Source of the DNA: an uncultured delta proteobacterium | GTDB lineage: Bacteria > Myxococcota_A > Polyangia > Haliangiales > Haliangiaceae | Assembly: GCA_963743525.1 (NCBI GenBank) | Contig: CAVUQH010000002.1 | Location: forward strand, 288,001-352,000 | DNA length: 64,000 bases | Direction of reading: 5' to 3' | Part shown: positions 1 through 10,710 of the stretch, piece after piece | Layout of the letters: every line of letters begins with the position of its first letter | How positions within the stretch are numbered: the first letter of the stretch is position 1 | The notes under the pieces: model-generated | The model's input: the letters and a program-made list of their open reading frames with translations, nothing else | What the model was told of the DNA's origin: nothing | Databases searched by the model: none | Made by a program: the position numbers and the translations under genes

Positions 1-184
1 TCTTGGTCCTGGGCGCAAAGCTGCCCGACACCTGCTTGACGTAAACGACCGTGTCCTTCAGGTACTTGGCCGGCGTGGCGCTGACCTTGCCCTTGATGGT
101 GCCGCCTTTGGCCTGGGCGAACCCGGGTGCGGCGAACAGTCCACCGGCAATCACGAGCGCAGCTATCGTTATCTTGGTCTTCAT
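1..184 (-). CDS. Secreted protein, 5' part only (runs off window); resembles carboxypeptidase-regulatory-like/cupredoxin-associated proteins
   Basis: ATG at 184 overlaps upstream TGA (ATGA). Reads MKTKITIAALVIAGGLFAAPGFAQA-KGGTIKGKVSATPAKYLKDTVVYVKQVSG: Sec signal, then GTIKGKV...VVYV beta-sandwich start. Not in the ORF track. Confidence 0.65.
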   Translation of the reverse strand, partial: MKTKITIAALVIAGGLFAAPGFAQAKGGTIKGKVSATPAKYLKDTVVYVKQVSGSFAPRTK

Positions 185-1179
185 GGCTGGACTTCCTTCT
201 TCTTCGCGGCAGGGCTCGCGCCGGGCTCCGCACTGACATTGGTGGTGAGGTACGCGTACGCGGCCTCGATTTCCTGGTTGGACAGATATGGGAACGCCGG
301 CATTCGATTCTTGAACTTGCTCTTTTCGCCGTCGGTCGCCGCGACGTTTCCGGTGTGAACTTTTTGCGTGACCATCTCCAGCGGTCTGTCGGGGATGGTC
401 GCAAGTGACGGAACGATGTCCTTGGTCATGACCAGCTCATGGGCCCCAGGGCCTGTCGCCGGGTGACAGGTGTGGCAGGTTCCCTGGACGATCAGCTCGC
501 CCATCCTCTCCTTGGACTCGTGGATGCGCAGCGGGTGCTCGGCCTTCTCGCCCGCGAGCGAGCGAACGTAGGCGAGTATCGCCTCGATCTCCTTCGGCTG
601 AAGGTGAGCGAAGGGCGGCATCTTCTCGCCGCCCGCGTGCATCCGCTTGAGGATGTTCTGCTTGGACATGTCGGTGATCTGCGCGACCATGTCAGGTGCA
701 GGCGGCTTGCCCATCTGCTTCTCGAGCTGCGCGCTCAGCAGCGCCTTGGACGTGCCGCTGATGGTGCTGACGATGCCGGGAATCGTCGGCATGTCGCCCT
801 CGGCCGTTGGTCCGTGGCACGAGCGACAGCTGACGCGATAGAGATCGGACCCCGACACGACGAATCCGTTGACGCCGGGCTGCACGTCGGTCGCTGCCGC
901 CACCTCGGTCCCGCCCTGGTGGCCGAGCGGCGACTTCTCGATCTTGTCTTTGAGATACCCGACGATCCAGCCGGGCCCCTTCACCGGGGTGACCATGGAC
1001 AGATCGGCGTCGTACCTGGGTGCCGGCGGGGGTACCACCTCGGGGGTGGCGGCCGGCGGCGCCGTCGTCTCCTGATCGTTGGTGCTCGCCTGCGCGTCGC
1101 TGCGGTGGCAGGACGGCAGCGCCAGCACCGCCACTGACAACCACGCGAGGTGGCGTGCAGCTGTGACTCTAGTAGGCAT
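181..1179 (-). CDS. Diheme c-type cytochrome lipoprotein
   Basis: Two CxxCH motifs (CRSCH, CHTCH), each followed by an MP Met-ligand segment (KMPPF, RMPAF). Lipobox-like LALPSC. Start taken at MPTRV. Confidence 0.85.
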   Translation of the reverse strand: MPTRVTAARHLAWLSVAVLALPSCHRSDAQASTNDQETTAPPAATPEVVPPPAPRYDADLSMVTPVKGPGWIVGYLKDKIEKSPLGHQGGTEVAAATDVQPGVNGFVVSGSDLYRVSCRSCHGPTAEGDMPTIPGIVSTISGTSKALLSAQLEKQMGKPPAPDMVAQITDMSKQNILKRMHAGGEKMPPFAHLQPKEIEAILAYVRSLAGEKAEHPLRIHESKERMGELIVQGTCHTCHPATGPGAHELVMTKDIVPSLATIPDRPLEMVTQKVHTGNVAATDGEKSKFKNRMPAFPYLSNQEIEAAYAYLTTNVSAEPGASPAAKKKEVQP

Positions 1180-2572
1180 AGAGCAACCCGATGTTGATGC
1201 CCTCGATCTCCGGGCCGATCGAAGTGGTGCCAGTGGTGTCGGCCTGACCGCCCACGGCTTCCCAGCCGCCGTCCGGCGCACCAGAAGCGGCCTCGATCCA
1301 GCCGACGACCGTCATCTTGACGTTGGGGAAGATCAGCGCGGCGAGCCCCGGCATGATCCGCCAGTCGTTCACGCTGTTGCCACCGTCGGGCGACAGCTGG
1401 ACGAACTCGAAGCGAACCGCGGGAACCAGCCACGGGTAGACCACGTAGGACAGCTCCTCGTAGTCGGTCAGGGCAGTGGCCTTGCTGGCGGCCGGCCCCG
1501 CCTTGTCGTGCGACTCGAACTGGACACCGCCGTCCAGCTCCAGGGAACCCAGTTGCCCGCGGAAGCCGCCGCCAAAGGCCAGCGTGGTGTCCTTCTGGTC
1601 CACGTCACCGGCGTCGATGTAGTGCGAGACCGCGCGAGCGCCGTACGCGTCGATGGTGAAGGCGTTCTCTTCCCAGGGACGGCTGGCGTTGGTCGTTCCG
1701 GACGTGCCGCCATCCAGATCCATTCCGCCGATCTTGTAGCCTGCGTGCGCATAGACGTCTTGCGTGTTGTGGACGCCTTCGGTCGCACCCGCCATCAGAC
1801 CAGCGGAGTAGTCGAGGCGATGACCGATGACGCCGTTGAGCTCGAGGCGAGGGCTCGGGTCGGAGAGAATGAACGGATCACTCTGGCCGCCGAAGGCCGC
1901 GGTCACGCCGATCGCTGGCAGCGCGCCGTCGGCCAGGTAGGTCGAGTGGGGGCCGAAGCTGCTCAGAGTCGCGGCCGATTTTCCGACGATCAGGTTCGCC
2001 GCGTGGGCGGGCCCCGCGAGGTCGTTGAACCATAGAAATGCGTGCTCGAGCTCGACGCCGTCCGCTGAGAAGGCGAGCTCTCCGAAGTAGGTGGTGGAGT
2101 CCGACAGGCTACCGGCTGCCCAGACCTGGCCTTCACCGACCAGATCCTGCATCGTGAACGTCGTACCGCCGTCAGCCTTTCCAGCGCTGCTGTTCTTATC
2201 GGGGTGGAGTACGGCCTCACCGTTGAAACCGACCGCGATCGGTGCGCCGGCGAGAAGGTTGCCGGGCCAAACTGCCTTGGGGAACACCTTCTTGTAGGTC
2301 TCTTGTCCGAGAGCGACGGTGTCCTGTTTCCAGTAGTCGCTGTCAACACCTGGAAATCGAAATCCGTTTCGCCGGAACGCCTCCCCGAATGGATTGAGTT
2401 TGGGAAAGATGGTGTGGCAGGTGGTGCAGCTGGTCTGATACTTGCGCGCGAACGCAGGCACCGCGTGGGCCTGGGAGCTCATCAGCAGAACGAGCGCCGC
2501 GGCGACACCTCCTGCGAGCCCTGCTGCTACTCGATGCCTGCCTTGGTCAACGTCGATTTCACGGGTCTTCAT
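1169..2572 (-). CDS. Cyc2-like monoheme cytochrome c-porin fusion (outer-membrane beta-barrel)
   Basis: Signal peptide ending AHA, then VPAFARKYQTSCTTCHTIFPKLNPFGEAFRRNGF. Amphipathic beta-strands follow, with aromatic C-terminus LLYAY. GGAGG RBS before ATG 2572. Confidence 0.8.
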   Translation of the reverse strand: MKTREIDVDQGRHRVAAGLAGGVAAALVLLMSSQAHAVPAFARKYQTSCTTCHTIFPKLNPFGEAFRRNGFRFPGVDSDYWKQDTVALGQETYKKVFPKAVWPGNLLAGAPIAVGFNGEAVLHPDKNSSAGKADGGTTFTMQDLVGEGQVWAAGSLSDSTTYFGELAFSADGVELEHAFLWFNDLAGPAHAANLIVGKSAATLSSFGPHSTYLADGALPAIGVTAAFGGQSDPFILSDPSPRLELNGVIGHRLDYSAGLMAGATEGVHNTQDVYAHAGYKIGGMDLDGGTSGTTNASRPWEENAFTIDAYGARAVSHYIDAGDVDQKDTTLAFGGGFRGQLGSLELDGGVQFESHDKAGPAASKATALTDYEELSYVVYPWLVPAVRFEFVQLSPDGGNSVNDWRIMPGLAALIFPNVKMTVVGWIEAASGAPDGGWEAVGGQADTTGTTSIGPEIEGINIGLLYAY

Positions 2573-2605
2573 GGGAAAAACCTCCTGTGGTTTTCCCCTG
2601 GCGCG

Positions 2606-2621
2606 TGGAAGAAGCGTGCCA
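2606..2621 (-). promoter_or_regulatory. Possible sigma54 promoter (imperfect)
   Basis: Minus strand TGGCACG-CTTC-TTCCA versus consensus TGGCACG-N4-TTGC; the -12 GC is mismatched. Confidence 0.35.
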
Positions 2622-2781
2622 GCCCCACACTGCCGGTTTCGGGACCAACTCGCGCACTTCCTGCAGCGAAAGATCGCGAAGTGATCCGCCCCACGCAAGA
2701 CTGTCGCCTTTTTCGCAACGACGATGTCGCCCGAGATCCCGCGAGGCCACAACTGCTGGCCGCGAGGGCCAAACGCGCGAC

Positions 2782-3961
2782 CTACATGAAGTTGCGGGTA
2801 TGGAGCGCCGACAGCGCAGCTGCTTCTTCGCCGGCGAAACCGAGGCGCGCGAGGCGCTTCTTGCGTCCGTCGTCCATGGCGCGCTCGAGCTCTTGCACGG
2901 CGTCCCAGCCGCGGGCGAGAGCATCCGGCTCCCAGCCGCCGGCGGCCAGCAACACCAGCGCGTCGAACACCTCTTCGTTGAGCCCCGCGGTGTGGGCGAG
3001 CGCATCGTGGCGGCGCTCGATGGCGCTGGCCAGCCGGTTGCGCAGTGACGGATCTTCCTCGACGTGGCGAGACAGGTGGGCCAGGCCGAAGGCGACGTGT
3101 CGGGCCTCGTCCTGCGCGGCCAGACGCGACACCGCCTCGGTGACCGGATCCGGCGCGTGGTCGCGGAGGAACCAGAGCAGCGACAGGAAGCTGCCCTCGC
3201 CGAGCACCGACAAGCAGGAACGAGGCGAGCGCGAAATCCGGCTCATCGACCAGGGTCTTGAGCGACGCCTGTCCGCCGACCGTCGACAGCCCCAAGCGCG
3301 GGCGTTTCAGCAGCGCGCGGCGAGTGAAGACCTCGATGTGGCGCGCCTCGTCGGCCGCCTGAATCGCCAGCAGCTGGACGACTTCGCGGAAGTGGGGATG
3401 AATTCGCGCCGCGAACTTGGCCGGGACCACCAGCGCGGCGGTCTCGTTCTCGACCAGGTAGGTCATCACCTGGACGATGGCGTCCTCGACGTCGTCGGGA
3501 AGGTCGACCGCCGCGTCCCACGGGATCGCGGTGGCCGGATCCCACTGCGCGGCCGCGGCCTGCGCGTACAGGCGCCGGGCTTCGTCGGCCCACACCTCGG
3601 CGCGGGTGGCCAGCGGGAAGTCGAACGCCGGGCCGCCGGCTTCGACCGTGGCACCGCGGGCGGCCAGCCCCCAGTGAGCCGGCGCCCGGTCGACCACCGC
3701 GTCGACCTCGCCGGCCGGCTCGGCGCCGTGCCAGCGACCGATGTCGGCGTCGCCGCGGATGATGTGGCCGCCGCCGGGCGCGGGCGCGAAGCCGTGGCCC
3801 TGCGCGCGGCAGAAGCCGCGCAGGTGGACCGCCAGCTCCGGCGCCCGTCCGCGAACCTCGACCACGCCGCCCACCGGAACCCGGCGCAAGGCGCGCTTGA
3901 CCAGGAGGTGGCCGCCGCGGTCGAGGCCGAGGTCGCCCAGATCGACGACCGGGTCGCTCAC
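2782..3961 (-). CDS. TusA-like domain + ferritin-like diiron protein (one-base frameshift near 3212)
   Basis: N-terminus DLGDLGLDRGGHLLVKRAL...VEVRG...FCRAQGH looks TusA-like. Diiron pattern ENE...DEARH...EGSF...DEARH is split over two frames; FLL|SVLGEG rejoins if one base is removed. GTG overlaps the upstream TGA. Confidence 0.75.
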
Positions 3962-4812
3962 GCGAACCGCTTTGCCAGGGTGGCGACGAACGCCTCGATG
4001 GTGCCGAACCGCTCGATGGCCCGGGCCAGCAGCGCGTACTTCTCGGTGCGGCCCGGCTTCCACACCTTGAGCCCCTCGAGATCGAGGAGCGGGCGCACCT
4101 CCGGGTCGTCGTAGCGCATCGACAGGAGCAGCTCACGGAACTGCGCGATCAACGACTCGGGGGCGCCGTCGAGCACGGTGAAGTTGCAGTGGTCGTACTC
4201 CGCCGTCTGCGTGAGCACGCGGGTCGAGCCGGCCGGGATGGTGCCCTCGACGCCGAACGCCAGCAGGTTGCCGTCGATCATGCACGCGGCGTCGACCTCG
4301 CCGGCGAGCAGCGCCTTGGCCGCGTCGCGCTCGCCGCCGATGTGATCGCCGTGCTTGCCGACGAGGACGTCGAAGCGGCGCACGGTGAAGTCGTCGTGCG
4401 GCTCGAGCCCGAGCTCGGCCAGGTGCAGGAGCGGGATCAGCGTCGCCTGCGGCGAGTCGCCGGCGCCCACCGCGACGTTGCGGCCGCGCAGGTCGTCGAC
4501 CGACTGGATGCCGGAGTCGGCGCGGACCACGACCACGCTCGTCAGATCGCAGTCGGTGTCGCGCATGGCGATGGCGCGGGCGGTGCGGCCGACTTTGGCC
4601 GCGACCTTCTCCGCCTGCAGCCACGCCAGCGGCGAGTTCCAGGCGACGTCGAACTGGCCGGCGAAGTGGCCCTCCACCTGGCGCTCGTAGTTGGAGTAGA
4701 GGATGTAGTCGAAGTCGAGGCCGCGGTCGGCGAACCAGCGCTGGAAGCCGTCCCAGATGGTCACGACCTTGGGATCGTAGGCGACGGCGCCGAGAATCAG
4801 AGTGTCGGACAT
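3958..4812 (-). CDS. PhnD/SsuA-type substrate-binding-fold protein without signal peptide
   Basis: SVVVVRADSGIQSVDDLRGRNVAVGAGDS and DAAKALLAGEVDAA are typical PhnD-family segments. Starts MSDTLILGAVAY with no hydrophobic leader. Confidence 0.8.
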   Translation of the reverse strand: MSDTLILGAVAYDPKVVTIWDGFQRWFADRGLDFDYILYSNYERQVEGHFAGQFDVAWNSPLAWLQAEKVAAKVGRTARAIAMRDTDCDLTSVVVVRADSGIQSVDDLRGRNVAVGAGDSPQATLIPLLHLAELGLEPHDDFTVRRFDVLVGKHGDHIGGERDAAKALLAGEVDAACMIDGNLLAFGVEGTIPAGSTRVLTQTAEYDHCNFTVLDGAPESLIAQFRELLLSMRYDDPEVRPLLDLEGLKVWKPGRTEKYALLARAIERFGTIEAFVATLAKRFA

Positions 4813-4823
4813 GCGGTTGCTCC

Positions 4824-5942
4824 TCAGAAGACCGGCAGGCCGCAGATGGCCTTGCCGATGAAGTCGTACAGCTGATCGGTGGTCGGCGCCATCACGGTTC
4901 CGGCGCGGCCGTCGCGGAAGCGGCGCTCGACACCGACGTCCCCGCGGAAGGCGGCGCCGCCGCAGACGCGCATGGCGGTGTCGAGGACGGCGGTCGCCGA
5001 CTCGCCGGCCGCCGCCTTGCACTCGAGCACGCGCAGCATGACGTCCTCGCGCCCGTTCTCCATCGCGTCGACCGTGTCCATCAGCAGGCAGCGGGCCTGG
5101 TCGGTGGCGATGCGGATGCGCGCCAGGTAGGCGCGGATGGTCGGCAGGTCGGCCAGGCTCGAGTCCAGGTGCTGGTACCTGGTGCCCGAGGCGTGGGCGC
5201 AGGCGGCCTGGGTGGCGCCCTCCATCAGCCCGACCGCGCACGCCGAGGTCATGGCGTTGAAGATCGGCAGCACCACCTCGAGCATTACCTGCAGGCCGGC
5301 GCCGTCCTCGCCCAGACGCGCCGACTCGTCGACGACCACGTCCTCGGCGGCGACCGGCGTCGAGTCGTTGCCGCGCAGGCCGAGGCCGTCGAAGCTGCCG
5401 GCGATGGAGATGCCGCGGGCATCGCGCGGGACCAGCCAGATGGTGCTGGCGCCGTCGGCGGCCACCGGCTGGCTCGACCAGACGTAGGCGGTGCAGTGCG
5501 ACGCCGACGTCACCCAGCTCTTGCGCGCGTCGAGGTGCACGCCGTCGGCCTTCTTGCTCGCGCTGCTGACCGGCGCCCAGAAATGGCTGCGCGATCCGGC
5601 CTCGGAGAAGGCCAGGGTCAACAGGTGCTTGCCGGCGGCGTTGTCGCGGCGGAACGACTCGCTGGCGTACTTCTCGACCACCGCCGTGCCCGCGTAGTGC
5701 ATGCACACGACCATGGCCGTCGACCCGCACTCGCGGGCCAGGCGCTCGACCACCTGCACCGCCGCGCGCGGCCCCTGGCCCATGCCGCCGACAGCCTCGG
5801 CGCTGATCAGCCCGAGCAGACCGGCATCGCGAAGGGCGTCGATGGCGGCGCTGGGAAAGGCGCCCGTGCGGTCGACCTCGGCGGCGTTGGCCGCCACCAC
5901 GCCGGTGGCGATCTTCTCGACAGACTGCAGATAACTCGACAT
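4824..5942 (-). CDS. Acyl-CoA dehydrogenase family flavoprotein
   Basis: LAFSEAGSRS, RKSWVTSA, GLRGNDS, RVCGGAAF, ERRFRDGR motifs; GAGGAG RBS. Confidence 0.9.
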   Translation of the reverse strand: MSSYLQSVEKIATGVVAANAAEVDRTGAFPSAAIDALRDAGLLGLISAEAVGGMGQGPRAAVQVVERLARECGSTAMVVCMHYAGTAVVEKYASESFRRDNAAGKHLLTLAFSEAGSRSHFWAPVSSASKKADGVHLDARKSWVTSASHCTAYVWSSQPVAADGASTIWLVPRDARGISIAGSFDGLGLRGNDSTPVAAEDVVVDESARLGEDGAGLQVMLEVVLPIFNAMTSACAVGLMEGATQAACAHASGTRYQHLDSSLADLPTIRAYLARIRIATDQARCLLMDTVDAMENGREDVMLRVLECKAAAGESATAVLDTAMRVCGGAAFRGDVGVERRFRDGRAGTVMAPTTDQLYDFIGKAICGLPVF

Positions 5943-5943
5943 A

Positions 5944-5978
5944 CGGAGACTCCTCGGCGCACGCCGAGGCGGTCTCCG
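5944..5978 (-). promoter_or_regulatory. RBS-sequestering leader hairpin
   Basis: Minus strand CGGAGAC-CG-CCTCGGCG-TG-CGCCGAGG-A-GTCTCCG-T-ATG; the SD GAGGAG lies in the 3' arm. Confidence 0.55.
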
Positions 5979-6061
5979 CTCAGCGCGCGCTGGTTCGAGC
6001 CCGAGACCTCCCGGGCTTCCTGGGGATTCAGCGAAAGCGCTGGGTGAACATGCGGCGCAGT

Positions 6062-7417
<1,356 letters not shown>

Positions 7418-7427
7418 CGCCCGCGCA

Positions 7428-8351
7428 TCATAGTCGTTCCCCCTCCGGCGCGTCGGGGGAAAGCAGCTTCACCGCCCGCGAGGCCACGCGCTGCAGTCGA
7501 TGCGGGCCGACCAGGAAGATCGCCCGGGCAACGCCGTGCCCGCGCTCGATGCGCATGGCCGCCACCGCCGGCGCCAGCCCCAGCGCGCGGGCGATCGGAT
7601 TGCGCGTGCCCCGCTCGCGGGTGCGCTGGAGCGAGCCGACCAGCGACTGCACTTCGTCGCCGTTGCCGCCGCCGAGTACCGCCACCAGCGCCAGGTCGTC
7701 GGCGACGTCGGCCCACATCGACACCGATGCCGGGGCGACGTCGAGATCGAAGCGCGACGCCATCTCCACCCGGGCGTCGAAGCCAAAGCGGCCTGCGACC
7801 CGCAGCCACGCACCGCTGGCCTTGGCCGGCATCGCCTGCGCGCGCGTGACCATCAGCGTGGCGTCGTCGTCGAGCCCCGGCTCGCTGCCGGCCATCACCG
7901 CTCTCGCCCGCCCTACCCATTCGTCGGGTCCGGCCAGGCGCAGGCCGCCGCCCAGCTCGGCGGCCCCGGGCAGCGCATCGCCCCCGCGCACGGCGACCAG
8001 CGTCACTGCGTCCGGACTGCCGACGCGGTAGGCGGCGACCACCGCGGCGTCGGCACCGCCGACCAGGGCCACCGCCAGCGTGGCCACCGCGCCGCCGGTG
8101 CGGGCGATCTCCTGCACCTGGTCGCCGGGCAGCGCGGCGACGGCGGCGACCACCGGGCCGACCACGCTGTTGGCGCGCAGCCGGGCCAGGTCGAGCTCGA
8201 TCACCAGGTCGGCGCCGGCGGGAAGCGACGGCAAGATGTCGTCGCCGGCGGTGTGCGCGCGGTGCGGCACCTCGGGCGCAGCCGGCTTCTTGCCGGAGCT
8301 GCCGCAGGCGCAAACGCACAGCAGCGCCGCCGCCAGCGCGGCCGGCCTCAT
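7428..8351 (-). CDS. Hypothetical lipoprotein
   Basis: MRPAALAAALLCVCAC lipobox-like start overlapping the hisC stop; fills the gap between hisC and aroA. Confidence 0.7.
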   Translation of the reverse strand: MRPAALAAALLCVCACGSSGKKPAAPEVPHRAHTAGDDILPSLPAGADLVIELDLARLRANSVVGPVVAAVAALPGDQVQEIARTGGAVATLAVALVGGADAAVVAAYRVGSPDAVTLVAVRGGDALPGAAELGGGLRLAGPDEWVGRARAVMAGSEPGLDDDATLMVTRAQAMPAKASGAWLRVAGRFGFDARVEMASRFDLDVAPASVSMWADVADDLALVAVLGGGNGDEVQSLVGSLQRTRERGTRNPIARALGLAPAVAAMRIERGHGVARAIFLVGPHRLQRVASRAVKLLSPDAPEGERL

Positions 8352-9457
8352 CCCAGCACGGTGCGCAAGGTGGTGGCCACCCGCGCGCTCTCGGCCGGGG
8401 TGCCGACCGAGATCCGCAGACAGGTGGGCAGCCCCCACGCGCCCATCGGCCGAACGATCACCCCGCGCTCGAGCAGCGACTGGTAGACCGGCGCGCTGTC
8501 GCGACCGACATCGACCAGGACGAAGTTACCCAGGGATGGATAGGCGCGCAGCCCCAGCTCGGTGGCCGCCGCCGACAACAGCGGAATGCCCTCGGCCGCC
8601 GCCGCCGCCGAGCGGTCAACGTGGGCATCGTCATCCAGCGCCGCCAGCGCCGCCGCCTGCGCCACCGCGTTGACGTTGAACGGACGGCGCACGCGGTTGA
8701 TGACGTCGGCTACCCGCCGGTCGCAGATGCCGTAGCCGACGCGCAGCCCGGCCAGGCCGTAGATCTTGGAGAAGGTGCGCAGGGTGATGATCTGCGGATG
8801 GTCGGCGCGATAGGCCTGCGACCGCGGGTAGTCGTCGGTCATGCGCACGGCGTACTCGTGATACGCCTCGTCCATCACCAGCAGCGTCTGCTCGGGCAGC
8901 CCGGCGAGCAGGCGCTCGAGCTCGGCCACCGGCAGGTGCGCGCCGGTCGGATTGTTGGGGTTGGCGACGAAGACGATGCGGGTCTCGGGGGTGACCGCGG
9001 CCAGCAGCGCGTCGACGTCGCAACCGAGCTCGTCGGTGACGTCGGTGTCGACGAAGTTGACGGCGTAGGCCCGCGCCGCCAGCTTGTAACTGATGAACGA
9101 GTAGCGCGGCGCCACCACGCGATCGCCGGGGCGGGTGAAGGCGTGGGTGACCAGATAGATCAGCTCGTTGGAACCGGCGCCAAAGACCAGCTCGGTGCCG
9201 TCGACGCCGTGGGCCCGGGCGACCGCCTCGCGCAGCGCGAAGGCGTTGCCGTCCGGATACGCGTGGACGCCGGACAGCGCCGCGCGCCCGGCGTTGACCG
9301 CCTTGGGCGACGGCCCCATCGGGTTCTCGTTCGACGCGATCTTGATGATGTCGGTGAGCCCGAGCTCGCGCGAAAGCTCCTCGATCGGCTTGCCCGGCTG
9401 ATAGGCGGCCAGGCCGGCCAGGTGCTCGGGGATCAGCTTGGCCACGTCGAAGGTCAT
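8348..9457 (-). CDS. hisC: Histidinol-phosphate/aromatic aminotransferase
   Basis: KIASNENP, ANPNNPTG, DEAY, RTFSKIYGLAGLRVGY. Confidence 0.95.
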   Translation of the reverse strand: MTFDVAKLIPEHLAGLAAYQPGKPIEELSRELGLTDIIKIASNENPMGPSPKAVNAGRAALSGVHAYPDGNAFALREAVARAHGVDGTELVFGAGSNELIYLVTHAFTRPGDRVVAPRYSFISYKLAARAYAVNFVDTDVTDELGCDVDALLAAVTPETRIVFVANPNNPTGAHLPVAELERLLAGLPEQTLLVMDEAYHEYAVRMTDDYPRSQAYRADHPQIITLRTFSKIYGLAGLRVGYGICDRRVADVINRVRRPFNVNAVAQAAALAALDDDAHVDRSAAAAAEGIPLLSAAATELGLRAYPSLGNFVLVDVGRDSAPVYQSLLERGVIVRPMGAWGLPTCLRISVGTPAESARVATTLRTVLG

Positions 9458-10551
9458 GTCTCGTCTGCCTTTCGATACGAGCCGAGCACGCGGAACAGCT
9501 CGCAGAAGTCGGCCAGCTTCTCCAGCGCCGGCGCGACCGCCGGGTCGGCGGCGTGGCCGTCGATGTCGATGAAGAAGACGTAGTCCCACGGCTTCTGCCG
9601 CGACGGCCGGCTCTCGATCTTGGTCATGTTGATGCCGGCGTCGGTGAGCGGCTGGACCACGTGGAGCAGCGCGCCCGCGCGATCGGGCAGCGACAGGAGC
9701 AGGGTCGTCTTGTAGCCGTCGGTTGACGCCGGCACGTCGCCGGGCCTGGCGCCGAGGACGAGGAAGCGGGTGACGTTGTGACTGACGTCCTGCAGCTGGT
9801 GGCGCAGCACCGCCAGGCGGTGGAGACGCGCGGCCAGCTCGGCGGCGATCGCCGCGCCGCCGGGATCCTGCGCGGCCCGGGCGGCGGCGTCCGAGGTTGA
9901 CGGACACTCGACCAGGGTCGCCCGCGGCAGGTTGGCGTGCAGCCAGCCGCGGCACTGGGCCAGCCCCTGCGGGTGCGAGTAGACCCGCTCGATCGATCCC
10001 TCGGTCACGCCGGGCCGGGCCAGCAGACATTGATCGACCTCGACCGCGATCTCGGCGGCGATCGACAGGTCGGTCTCGGCGAAGGTGTCGAGGGTGTGAC
10101 TGACCACGCCCTCGGTCGAGTTCTCGACCGGGACGACGCCGAAGTCGACCAGCCCGCGCGCGACCTCGTCGAAGACCGCCGGGATCGACCCGCACGGCAC
10201 CGCGTCACACGAGGTGCCGAAGTGGCGCTTGACCGCCTGGTGGGTGAACGTGGCCTCGGGGCCCAGGTAGGCCACGCGCACGCCCTTCTCCAGACTGAGG
10301 CACGCGCTTATCACCTCCTGGAACACCGGCCGGATCGCGTCGTTGGGGAACGGTCCGGGGTTGGCCGCCTGCAGGCGGTTGACGATCGCCCGCTCCCTGG
10401 ACGGGACGTAGAAAGCCCTGCCGGACGCCTGCTTGCGCGCGGCGACCTCCTCGACCCGGCGGGCGCGGCGGTTGAGCAGATCGAGGAGCTCGTCGTCGAT
10501 CTGGTCGATCTCCCGGCGCAGGCGGGTCAGCTCGTCATCAGCGGCTGCCAT
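9454..10551 (-). CDS. pheA: Chorismate mutase / prephenate dehydratase
   Basis: LRREIDQID, YLGPEATF, PVENSTEG, SHPQGLAQC, NVTRF, KIESRP. Confidence 0.97.
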   Translation of the reverse strand: MAAADDELTRLRREIDQIDDELLDLLNRRARRVEEVAARKQASGRAFYVPSRERAIVNRLQAANPGPFPNDAIRPVFQEVISACLSLEKGVRVAYLGPEATFTHQAVKRHFGTSCDAVPCGSIPAVFDEVARGLVDFGVVPVENSTEGVVSHTLDTFAETDLSIAAEIAVEVDQCLLARPGVTEGSIERVYSHPQGLAQCRGWLHANLPRATLVECPSTSDAAARAAQDPGGAAIAAELAARLHRLAVLRHQLQDVSHNVTRFLVLGARPGDVPASTDGYKTTLLLSLPDRAGALLHVVQPLTDAGINMTKIESRPSRQKPWDYVFFIDIDGHAADPAVAPALEKLADFCELFRVLGSYRKADET

Positions 10552-10710
10552 TGGCGCGGAACTCTACTATATTTCAGGCGTTGGGCCGACCGCGGCCAGG
10601 ATGTGAAAGCACAGTTGAGCGGGAACCCCTGGTTACCCACCCAGTTCGCGGGTAACAAATTGCTACGCCGCGCTGTCTATGTAGGCAAACCGACTTCATT
10701 GGTGTCCAAG

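Noticed and set aside
1169..4063. 964 aa ORF suggesting a ferritin-cytochrome-porin fusion
   Set aside because: Artefact of the indel near 3212; the porin has its own RBS, ATG (2572) and signal peptide.
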